Source of the DNA: Octopus sinensis
Lineage: Eukaryota
Direction: 5' to 3'
DNA: 64,000 nt
Assembly (NCBI RefSeq): GCF_006345805.1
Contig: NC_042998.1
Coordinates: 93,000,001-93,064,000 of the forward strand
This document shows, piece by piece, positions 43,637-55,540 of this stretch. Made by a program: the position numbers and the translations under genes. Numbering within the stretch: position 1 is the stretch's first letter; each line of letters begins with the position of its first letter. The notes beneath the pieces are model-generated. The model was not told where the DNA came from. It saw only the letters and a program-made list of their open reading frames with translations, and did not search any database.

Positions 43637-45005
43637 CTGTTCAAAACTATAATGCCAGTTTGAATAATGTTGCAAAAATTATGCAAAACAGAAAAATTAT
43701 GATATATTTCAATGATATTCTCATGCAATACACCAACAATAGTGTGTTTGACCACCACTTTTCTGAATTACTTCAAAGACATGCAACTTCATGCTTCCTA
43801 TCAACTTCTGCAACAGATCAAGTGGAAGCTCTTCTCAAGCCTTTGCCATTTCAAGTTCATCAACAGATGAATACTGGTTACTTCCCCTGTACACAACATT
43901 TGTGAGATATCCTCAGACATCCTCTATAGGAATGATGTCGAGTCTTCTTGCTGACCATGACATGATGTCAACCCCAATCACATGGAGGAAATATAAGGTT
44001 GCCTTTGCTTTATGAATAAGTGTATTCTCCTGTTGAAATATGAAATTCTCACTCTGGAGCTGTCTTCTTTCTTTATTAATGTGAGCCCCATCCAATATAT
44101 TGATGTATTATGCAGCATTGAAATGGCCATGATAAGTGGCAGCTTCCCATTGGAAGATATTGTTCCCCACACAATAAGACCTCCTCCACTGTTCTACCAT
44201 TTGGAATAAGTAGAATTTCATATACATTTATTTGCCCAGTAATACTTATAACCATCAGCACCGTCTTTTCCATCTATTTCCATCTTTTCTCATTAGAGAA
44301 CAGAACCCTGGTTCATTCACCATCCCACGTCTGATGCTGCTGAGAAAACTCCAGTCTAACAACTTTGTGGAAAGGGACAATGACAGATGCCCTAACTGCT
44401 TCTTCAGGTGAAAACCATGGTTCAAAATCACTCTTCTTATGATGAATGTCGAGGTCCCTACACCTGCTGATGCCATAATTTTGGAAACTGAAGTGCAGCA
44501 TGATTTCTTCACAGCTCTGACAATGGCTCTTTCATCCCTTTCTGATATAGTCTTGAGACGTCCACCAGCATGAACCCTATTGTGGCCATCAGGATCTTTC
44601 AAAAGATTCTCCACTGGCATTCTGCTTCACTGAATCTTCTCAGCAATCTTCCAGTTACTCATTCCTTCTGCTTTCACTGTAAGAATCTTCCCTTGTTCTA
44701 TTCTGGAATACTTTGTAGCTTTAGGTATACTGGAAATGTAATCGGGATCATGGTGAATATGATTGACTCGAATTTTTTCCAAAACAATCTGAAAAGAAAT
44801 GAAAATATATTAGTGGCTTCATAGTTTTGAAGTGTTGATATGCTAGAAAAAATTGAAAAATCAGGTGTTGTAATATGATAATAAAGGTACAAGGTTTACA
44901 TTTCTAACTATCCATGAAATACCCATTTACAATATAGTCCACTTAAATACAGATCTAAATTTCAAAATATCTTAAAAACATGTGGCTTTATAGTTTTGAA
45001 TAGTA
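43637..45005 (-). mobile_element. Decayed Tc1/Tc3-like (DD34E) element
   Basis: Minus-strand transposase fragments GGRLKTISERDERAIVRAVK, LFSNEKRW and FQQENTLIH-x-PIEDV with 34-residue spacing. TIR-like ttcaaaactataa(t/a)gcc at both ends and an internal copy at ~44815-44831. Confidence 0.75.
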
Positions 45006-46439
45006 ATTCAATTTTATTAATAAATTCATTAATGAAGACAGTTAATTGTTTTCGTTAGTGAATTAACCGACATGTTATGACTAGAGTGCAACATTGTATA
45101 ATCCAGCAGTGTAGCAAGATACTGTATCTATTTTTACCTTTATCACTGTTGTTTTTGCTTCTGCTGATCTTTCCAGAATCCTAAGGGATTAAAAGATATC
45201 TGTAGAAATTTTCCCTGTTTCAATTAATTTTTGAATTTGAAGATTTATATCACAGAAGAAATGTCTTATTAATTGTGTTTTGCCCATTGGCAATATTTGA
45301 GATGTATGTACTGCCCTAATTTTCGTCACTCTTCAACTAATTTAAAACTTTTGCAGTAAGGAGGAGGGTCTCTGTAACTAATGTATGTCTAACTGATACA
45401 AGATGTTAAACGGATGAGATACTGGTGATGGTGGAAGGGGGATGAGGATAGCACAGGGGATGGTTATAGAAGGGAATACTAATGGTAGTGGAGAAAGAAT
45501 TTATATGAAATGGAGGTTGCAGGAAAGTAATTTTCCTCGGGGTGACTGAGTTATTACAGTTTAATAGTTGTTGATATATAAATAACAACAAACAACTATT
45601 TTCAATGTCAGTAACGTTCTAGAACATTACTTAGTGCATCATCATCTTAATATCGCCATCTCTCCCATCTGATTCTGATAATTACACACACACACACACA
45701 CACACTCTCTCTCTCTCTCTTTCTCCCTCTCTGTCTCACACACATGCACATACATATACACGTATACATATGCGCATACACACACTCATACAAACACCAC
45801 AAAATTGCTATAACATCTGTTGCATTAACTCATACACTGTGCTAAGTTGCAACTAAATTTAATATATCCAGAGGAATCATTCTATCTTTTTATTATTTTT
45901 TAAGCTCTTTTACCGGTTTCAACCATTTAGCATTGGTCAAGCAGAAGAACCACAGGGTTCTGCTTACTCATCTCTGCTCTAGCCATCTATGCAGCAGCAT
46001 TAACAACAGCAACAACAACACAATAAAAAAATGAATGAAAAGAATTGATTCAAAGAATGTATTTTAATTTTTGATAGTTTATAATTTTGAAAATACGTAT
46101 ATTTTTTCATTTTCTTAACTAAAGTTGCATGAAACAGCATGTGTTTGTTGCTTGTTTGTTCCATCTCAAGCCATGCCTGGCTCATAAGGACCAGTTTCCC
46201 AGTTTCATTGGTGTATAGGTTCCCCACCTGGACAGGAGACTGGTCCATCGCAGAAGCAGCATTGAATACAATATATTCATACGCATACATATTTAACCCG
46301 TTTGAGTGTACTCAGACATGGAAAAACCTTCCTCTATGGAAACAGTATTGGGGAAAATATTCTTCTCTCAGATGATATGTATGAAAATACATTGGACCGT
46401 GAATGACGTCATCAGATCATAGGACAAATGCATTTCTGT

Positions 46440-46682
46440 ATTCTTTATCATTATCAGCTTTCATTCATTTGATTGTAGTCATATAGAAGCACCACCTTTA
46501 GTGGAAGAAATCGACCCCAGGACTTATTCTTTGTAAACCTAGTACTTATTCTATCAGCCTCTTTTGCTGAACTGCTAGGTTTCAGAGATATAAACACACC
46601 AAAATCAGTTGTCAGGCGATGGTGAGGAGACAAACATAGACACAAAGGCACGCACACATAAATATATATGTATGTATGTATG

Positions 46683-46722
<40 letters not shown>

Positions 46723-46731
46723 GTGTATATA

Positions 46732-46771
<40 letters not shown>

Positions 46772-47560
46772 ATTATCCTGTTTACGGAATTGACTTTTAT
46801 TTGCGGTTGAAGCTTTGGCTGTTATTTCTAGTGGGTGAATGGCCTATTATGGCCGTTCCTTGATTGTTGATGTTGAACTTAAAAATGGTCTATGACTATT
46901 TAATTTTTTCCCACTAGGCCGCTGGTGGCAAAAAAATTCTACAAAATTTTTTTTTTGCCACCCTATATTGATTAATTATGAATTTTCTGGTTAATTCCGT
47001 AATGGAATCGACGGCTTATATTTATTTGCTGCCGATAAATTTGGCGCGAGTGTGATGATTTGAAAATTTTAGGTCGGATATTACCTTGGCAGGGTTGGAA
47101 ATGCCTCGTGAAAATATCTGTTCCGACTTGTGGCTATTTCTTACTGAAGAATCTGAGGGCCTATGGAAGATTGGCTTGATTTAATTTAATCAGGTTAGTT
47201 TACCATTAAACAGCAGATGAAACGGTGCATCGTATAAGAAATTACAGGGTAAATGTTTTTTAAATTTTCTCCTGTTTACGGAATTGACTTTTATTTGCGG
47301 TTTTGAAGCTTTGGCTGTTATTCTAGTGGGTGAATGGCCTATTATGGCCGTTCCTTGATTGTTGATATATATATATATATATATTTATGTATACACGACA
47401 GGCTTCTTCAGTTCCTGTCTACCAAATCTACCCACGAGGCTTTGGTTGGCCCGAAGCTATAGTAGAAGACACTTGCCCAAGGTGCCATGCAGTGGGACTG
47501 ACCCGGAACCATGTGGTTGGGAAGCAAGCTTCTTACCACACAGCCACGCCCGGGCCTATA
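46440..47560 (-). mobile_element. SINE family A split at its TA linker (halves ~46440-46660 and ~47390-47560)
   Basis: The tail half and head half are collinear and in the same orientation on either side of (TA)n and the 46776-47366 insert. Confidence 0.75.
46776..47366. mobile_element. ~590-bp element bounded by ~96-bp direct repeats (46776-46871, 47270-47366), inserted in (TA)n; possibly Penelope-like
   Basis: The direct repeat tcctgtttacggaattgac...ggccgttccttgattgttgat is nearly identical in both copies; CpG-rich. The minus strand holds KYKPSIPLR, reminiscent of the PLE RT motif HKPxxPLRPI. Confidence 0.5.
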
Positions 47561-47599
47561 AATGCAATAAATACATTTAAGACTTTAAGCCCAAAATAT

Positions 47600-48240
47600 G
47601 GATCATCATCATCATCACCATCCTTGAGGAGACCTATTGTGTCAAGTTCATCAACATCAAAATAAAAATCGTATGGATATTGCAGTTGCGATACCTGTGC
47701 TGGTAGCACGTAGGGCCTCACAGAGGAAATGACAAAGACCAAGACCTCTGAGATATGCTGTGACTGTGAAGACCCAACAAATAGACAAATGAAGTGAGTT
47801 CATGGTTCACAGGATGGCCTGCTGTGCTAACTTTGGATTGTAGAGGAGACCTATTGAGTCAAGTATGTCAACACCAACATCAAAATAAAAATCAAATGGA
47901 AATTGTAGTTCAGATACCTGTGCCGGTGACACATAAAAAGCACCATCTGAATATTGCAGATGCCAGCACCACCTGACTGGTGTCCGTGTCGGTGACACAT
48001 AAAAGCACCAACCGATCATGGCCGTTTGCCAGCCTCCTCTATCCCCTGTGCCGGTGGCACGTAAAATACACCCACTACACTCACAGAGTGGTTGGTGTTA
48101 GGAAGGGTATCCAGCTGTAGAAACATTGCCAGATGTGACTGGAGCCTGGTGCAGCCTCCTGGCTTCCCAGACCCCGGTTGAACTGTCCAACCCATGCTAG
48201 CATGGAAAACGGACGTTAAACGATGATGATGATGATGATA
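47600..48240 (+). mobile_element. RTE 3' UTR-derived element with (GAT)n tail
   Basis: Ends cccatgctagcatggaaaacggacgttaaacgatgatgatg, as in the RTE tail at 32504-32560; contains internal gtgccggtggcac subrepeats. Confidence 0.85.
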
Positions 48241-48424
48241 CCAAGAGTATGGGAATTTTGTCTTAATAAATCCAGGATGATTCACTGAGTCATGGGTAAA
48301 AGGGATCAAGAAGGTGATTAAGTGAGTTCAATACTATATTAAGTACTTAAAAAGTTAGTGAAAGCTTGTTACCAAGTCATCAAAAAAAAAAAACAAAAGA
48401 GAGAGGATTAAACATTCTTCCCAA

Positions 48425-48645
48425 ATTATAGGATCCTAAGGCCAGTTTCTCAGATACTATGGAGTATATATTCCTCTTCCTGATAAGATGCCAGTCCATC
48501 TCTGGATTACTTATTCTTTCCAGCTGAGTGAACTGGAACTAAGTGAAATGAAATGTCTTGTTCAAGAACACAACACATTGACCAGTCCAGGAATAGAAAC
48601 CACAATCTTATGATCATGAGTTCAGCACTTTAAACATTAAGTGTA
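48425..48645 (-). mobile_element. tRNA-derived SINE sharing the family B head/core with a different tail
   Basis: Reverse strand: ttctattcctggactgg..tgtgttgtgttcttgaacaagacatttcatttcacttagttccagttcactcagctg. Confidence 0.65.
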
Positions 48646-50186
48646 GTCACACTCATTCACCGATGATGATTGGCTGTACTAAATAATTCACTAATAATAT
48701 ATTTTAAAGTCCATATTCTATTAGAATTCTAAATAGACATATAATTAAATGAAATAAATGTTTTTCTGTATTTTTTGACATCTTTGGGTCAGTCAGTTTG
48801 GAAGCAAAATTTTAAAGTTAGAATAAAATTAACTGACTCCAAATATTAAGTTAATGGCTATTATGTTTAAAATGATAATTCAAAAGCATAAATAGATAAA
48901 TAAGAAGAAGAATTTGTAAAAAAGAAATATAATTATATTTTAGCAATAAAGTTCATAAACAAGCTGGATTGATTCTTCGTAGAATATTCAATATGTTTTG
49001 TTAGAAAAAATATTTTCTTTGATAATGTCACTTGGCTATTTTCCTGTGCATCTTAACTGTGGCTGCCCATTATATCAGTCTCTATTCTCTCTTTTTTTTT
49101 TTTTTTTTTTTTTTTTGTTTTCGAACATCAGTTTCTTCTTTTAGGAAAAATGCTACAAATATTTCAATGGGTTTTTGCTGTTGTTGTTGTTGTTTTTTTT
49201 TAGCATAGTTAGTTTCTTTATTCAAAGCACTCAAGCTATCAGACACAATCAGAATTCTTTAAATCAAAGTCTTTTCAATTGCTGGATGAGAACATTTTAA
49301 AAGCCCAAAGCAAATACAATTCAGTAGACTTTTATTTTTCAGCCTGATGTGTAGATTCTCGAATTTTCAAATCAAACTGACAAGGTATTGATAATTTCTG
49401 TAAAAATAACATCACGTGTATTTTGCTTTCTAGCTGCAATAAGAACAGCCAGTGTTATTTATATGCCAATGAGAAATTTATCAATTTCATTGTTTGTGTT
49501 TTCTTTGCTACAGCTATAACATCTATATACATTATTAGCATCAGCGTTACCACAACCTCCTTCATGCAACTCAACAGTTAAAACAATAACAATAACAATA
49601 GCTTCTTCATAATCATCAATATTCTGGTAAGGCGGATAATCATTCTGTTACTTCGCCTAGAAAATAGTTATTGTATATTTTATGGATTTCATACAAGTTT
49701 GTGGATTCAAAACATGATATATATGTAAAATACAAACAATTGTTTGTTAACATCAAATGAGATGTTTTCCTCTCCAACCTGTCTTTGAGAAAAACATTGG
49801 TATTATGCACGGTTCTTTGTTTAGTAGCTATATCTTATCAATACTGAAATGGTCTTTGATAATTGAGAAAGTTCAGAACTTGCTAAGAAATATAATTTTC
49901 AGCAACAGAATATGTGTTATTTGTTTTAATTCATAAATCTGGGTTGGAATTCAGAATGTTTTCTCCTAAACTAGAAGACTACAGTACTTCCCAAATAATC
50001 AATTAAATAATACAATATACTAAGACAAATATTTACTAAGATCTTATAGTTTACTTCAAACATTGTTATTGCTGAAATTGTTACTGCTAAAATATAAGAA
50101 AGAGTAAATAATGGAATCATCAAAATGCTGGAGAAATAGGAAAATAAACTGGTTTAAATTTCAAATAATATATCTATGTATGTATG

Positions 50187-53100
50187 TCATTATTCAGTTT
50201 TAATTCAAAATTTCTTGTAAATAGAGAAAAGTCAGTTTCTAACCTAGATCCAAGGCTCCTTCATTGGAATTTAAACATCAACAGCAGGATAGTTTTTGTT
50301 TGTATGTATGTATGGATGTATGTATATATGTATGTATGTATTTATGTATGTATGTATGTATGTATGTATGTATGTATGTATGTATGTATGTATGTATGTA
50401 TGTATGTATGCCTGCATGTATGTATACATGCAGATTTGTATATTTTGTTTTATGTATGTATTCTCATGCATATAATTGCATATCTAGACATGCTCAAATA
50501 TATTTAAATTATATACGTCTTGCAAGTTTTACAGATTTTTACAGTTCTAGTGATAGATTGGATCTGTAGTCTTCGAATTAGCTTTCTCCTTTTTGGTTTT
50601 GAGAAGCCTAATTTCTCAAGATTGGCATTTAGGCAATGTGTTACATATCCAGGGCCCCAATAATCACAGGTATAAACTTGAACTAGTAGTCTGGATAGAG
50701 TAACTGCAGATTTCTCAATAGTTCAGTGTAGGTATTCTCCTTTTCACTGATCTTCAACTTTATGTTAACATCCGCTGGCCAGCTAATTTCCACATCTGTA
50801 GACAGTTTCTCTCATCTATCCTAAATCATTATATCAGGTCTGTTGTGCTTACATTTTACTGAGGTCTTCATTGGGACATACCACTAGTATTCCTTTTTAT
50901 TATGAGTGGCTATGGCTTCTACCATACTGTGGGTTCTTATTTCTTTGCCCTCGGAGTTACCTTTCCAGTGGATTTCATTATAGAATGTCCTAACTACAAC
51001 ATCATGCCTCATTGGTAGATAATACTGTGATGACATTTTCGGACAGCTGCTTATGATGTGGGTGATATCTTTAGTGTGAACTCCACAAAGTCTGCATCAG
51101 CTGCCACATTTTACTGCTTTTCCTGTGTCTCTATCCCTTTTGTGCATCAGGTACTTGGTTGATATTTCCTGTTCCTGGATTGCAAATGCATACCCTTCAA
51201 AGTGGGAGGTAGAAATCTGGCTATTGGTCCATGATAGACTGCTTTGATGATCAATGTTAATATCATCTCAGAGGTTTCTACTAACATATTCATGCATAGC
51301 CTTCTGTTCATATAGGCTCATCTTTTCATCTGATGATATGTTGCAGTAAAGCTGTATGACTTCTTTGGGCATGTATTTAAGGTTATTCAACAAGGAATGT
51401 TGCTAAAGGAACTGCCTTCCAAGTCTTATCAGCCTCATGTATGCAAAAGGGATGCACTTCTAGACTTGGTGGTTAAAAGATGTTGCCGAAGGGATATGAT
51501 ACAACATTTAAAGGCATTTTGGATTGATGCTAAGCCCCTGCTGCCTTGTTTTTGTTTTAGATAGAGGCAGTCTATGTCACTGTTTATGTGGAAATTATGT
51601 GTGCTTGTTAGTATTTTTCGGGTTTTCACATCAATGGCTTGGATCTCACCATGCGTCCAGTCAAGCAGCCCAAATGTTTGTATGAGTACTGGCACTGCAA
51701 ACACATTGTAGGCCACTGTTTTATTGAATACAGAGAGTTCTGAGGTCCAAATTTTCTTTATTCAGCTGTAATATTCTTTAGTGACATGTGCTTTATTACA
51801 GGTGCCATTGTAAGATATGTTTCCATCCACCCCTAGATATCTGTAACATTCCTTGTCAGATAAAGGCGAACCAGTCAAATCATTGATGGAGATATTACTA
51901 GTCTGGTTTCCAGTTTTCCTCCTTTACACAAGCATATAACAACATTTATCCTGACCAAACTCCAACCCTATATCCTTTGAAAAGGTTGTAACTAAGTCAA
52001 GGCTCTTTTTCTTCTCATGAATATTCTTGCATAAGTTTTCAAGTCATCCATAAAGAAACAGTGTGTAATTTTAGTATTTCTGTATCCTTGTGAACCAGTG
52101 AGATATCCTTCAAACTTCCTTAACATAAGTGACGAGGAGCTTACAGAAAGTAAAATCATCACAGAGAGGCTGTCCCCTTGGAATATGCTTTTGCGATACG
52201 GTATTCTGTCGGTGATTATACAGTCACTCTTTGTGTTTAATTTCAAGATGGTGGCCCACGATGAAGTCAGGTCGACCATGGCTTTGACAATTCTCACTGG
52301 AATTTTAGTAAGTTGAAGGGCTTCTAGCATTCATGAGTGGTGAACAGAGTCAAGGGCTTTCTTGTAGTCTAGCCACATTGAAACTAGGTTCATCCTATGC
52401 TCTTGCACCTCTGACATCACAGTTTTGTTGATTAACAATTGCTCAGCACATCCCCAAACTCCCTTCTTCCCTGCTGCTTGTTCTGCTATGATGATGTTAT
52501 TGGTTTCACAATGGTCATAGAGGAAGAGGTTTAACCCTTTCAATACCAACCCAGCTCTGGCTCTGAGTACAAATGTCTTGCTTCCATAAGTTTTAAATTA
52601 AAATACTCCACCAAAATTTAGTCACAATTTATGTTCCTAATACTAGCTGAATGATAACTAAGTTATTTTACTAAATTCTTAGTTATATTTAAAGTAATTG
52701 AAAAAAACACAGAGTATCTCAAAATAAATACCATAACAAAAGGGTAAGTATGCTGTATATATCTTATATATTAAGTTCTGACATGCAATTAGCCAGTAGT
52801 TTTTTGCAATGTGGGTGGTTCTGAATTTGGAGATCGATTTTGTCTCTGCCGAAGCTAACCAGTGTTGTATGCTACTGTTCCCATTGAGAGCTAGCTGGTA
52901 CAGATTGATAAGATAAGGTCAGTAGAAGGTTAACTTCTTGTACCAATATCCAACAATCAAGTATCTTCCAGGTGCTTTTCCATCCAGGAGTTTCTGGATC
53001 ACAGTTGCAAGAGTTTTACCATCAATGTTGTATGTCTTAGGTATAATGCAGGAGCAATAGCTTCTTCAGATTTCTTCCAGCCACAGAGCATCTTGCGTAA

Positions 53101-53570
53101 ACTTCTTCTCTTCACTCCAGATTTTTCTCCAGAAGGAGTCTATGTCTTTTTCTGAAGGAGCTTCTGTGATGTTCACTACTCCTCCTCTCATGTCTCTGTA
53201 TACTACTGACTGGTTCCGGTTAAATCTTTTTGTTTATTGTTCTTCTCTCAGTTATTTTCTTCTGATGTCAGAGTTTTTCACTGACAGCTTTTAGCTCCTG
53301 CTTGAGGATAATCAGTTTGCAAGTGAGTGTCCTCTTTTTGCTGTCTCCAAACATCATTTCTATTTCCTTCTTTACTTTCTGTTGGTGAAACATATAGTGA
53401 TTTGCTTGTTTGCAAGCAATAAGCATCATTACATGACTGATGGTCTTCTGTAAACCATTTATCTTTTTCTCTGTCTTTGTTGTTTTGGTTTTGTTTACTC
53501 TTTGAATGTCATTCATGTACTGATTTGCAGTAGTAGCCAGAGCATGGAGACAGGCATTAATCTGCCAGAA
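50187..53570 (-). mobile_element. Decayed R4/Dong-like RT-RLE LINE (Dong-3) flanked on both sides by (ATAC)n
   Basis: Minus-strand fragments in the expected order: KKEIEMMFG, GKAPGRYLIVGYWYKKL, GCAEQLLINK, WLDYKKALDS, IFQGDSLS, FFMDD, NVFAVPVL..DWT, CRLC..HIISSC..RHD, NRPDIMI..EISWPAD and FIPVIIGALG. Many stops and frameshifts. ATAC arrays at 53575-53662, at 50300-50410 (internal) and a short one at 50176-50186. Confidence 0.88.
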
Positions 53571-53666
53571 TGCATGTATGTATGTATGTATGTATGTATG
53601 TATGTATGTATGTATGTATGTATGTATGTATGTATGTATGTATGTATGTATGTATGTATGTATCCG

Positions 53667-53697
<31 letters not shown>

Positions 53698-54544
53698 GTC
53701 TGTCTGTCTGTCTGTCTATACATACACACACACACTCATGTAAAAACACGCATACACACATGCACACACACATACACACACAGGGAAAGAGAAAGAGATA
53801 GAGAGAGAGAGAGGGAGTGGTAGTGGTGGTGGTGGTGGAGAAAAATACAGCATAATTCAGAATACTTGAAAAAAAATGTATACTGTAGATAACTCTACAG
53901 TTATTTACTTAATATCTTTCTGACTGTGGAGATTGAAATGATGTGAAAGCATATTGTTTTCTTAAGTAAGCAGAAAAATAATTATTAAGCTTCTTACAGA
54001 TCTCTTCTGGAATAATTCCCTTTCTTCACAGAAAATACACCATTACACTTCAGCCACCCAGAGAACATTGAACTTAAATCACTTGATGCAAAACTAACAG
54101 CAGTTTGGATTTTCCTATATACATCAGTTGACTACACTATATATAAATATAATCTATGCTAGTAGTATTAAATTCATCATTATCATCATTCTTTTAATGC
54201 CTAGTTTCGTCCTTGCATGGGTGAAGGAAAATATCTCAGGCCAGAGTTTTCTGTAGCCAGATGCTCTTTCTGTCTCCAACCTGCATCTGTCTTCAAATGA
54301 AATATATGAACAAATAACCTAGACATGTTTATGAAGAGAAATGGAAACAAGTGACACTTTATGGATTAGCCCTGTCATAGCAATCTGAGAGACTCAGACA
54401 TGCCTTTGTGGTGGACTGATAGCAAACAACACTATTAGCAAAGCTATTGTTTATAATCAGCAAAAGAAACACATGTGTAGATGTAGGAAATATAAACTCA
54501 TTCACACAATCACATACATAAAGACATGTACGTAGTGCATGCAT

Positions 54545-54588
<44 letters not shown>

Positions 54589-55242
54589 ACATGATGGGCT
54601 TCTTTCAGTTCCCCATTACTAAATCCACTTACAAGGCTTTTATTAATTTACAGCTATAGAGGTTGGCACTCGCCCAAGGTACTGCAGAGAAGGCCTGAAC
54701 CTGAAACCATGTAGCTTGGAAGAAAACTTCTTAACCACACAGCTATGCTATATAATTTATAATATATGAATACTATATAATTAAATCTTAATTTCTGACG
54801 TGGTTAACCAACATATTATATACACATCAGGATAGCTATTGACATATACAGCAATTTAGATTTACAGCTCTTTGAGTAGCCAAAGAATAGCTGTACACTT
54901 TGTCTGAAGAGGGAAAATTATCCTGAAACATATGTAAGATTCCCAAATATTTCTTTTGTTTTATTAATAAGATATTTTCACATGACTTCATTCTCTGTAG
55001 CTAAAAGGTTTTGAATTAAAGAACTGTGGTCTTTTCTGCATGATACATATTTAAGTTTTCTTTTAATTATATTTATTTTAATTGATTCATTTGTTTAAAA
55101 ATTTTTCATTTTAAAATTCAGATATATTAAAGTCATAATAAATGTATCTATTTATTCTTGATATACTCTGGTGGATTTGAATGTGAATGTCTGATTACTG
55201 TTGTTGTTTTCCATTAGAGAACCTCTCCTCCCTTTTGGCAAT

Positions 55243-55540
55243 CTGTGTTCATAACAACACATATGATTCATTGATGTTAGGGAACTTTGAAACACTAAGG
55301 TGTTTTGACCTTATGTATATTTCCTCAGTCAAACTACTCTGAAGTAATGAATCTAACAAGAGTACAGGCCCTTTTTTTACAGAAACCAGTAAACAAATTC
55401 TTCATTGATGTCTGTCTGTTAGATTCATTGGTCCAGGATAGCAGCTTTAATCTAGGAGACATAACAATAAGGTTGAAACATGATAGTGTCTCAAAGTTCC
55501 TTTACATCAATGAATAACATGTGTTATAAATCACATACAT
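55243..55540. mobile_element. Old palindromic MITE-like element with ~110-bp imperfect inverted arms
   Basis: attcattgatgttagggaactttgaaacacta (55266-55297) versus the reverse complement of tagtgtctcaaagttcctttacatcaatgaat; similarity extends inward to aatgaatctaaca. Confidence 0.7.
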
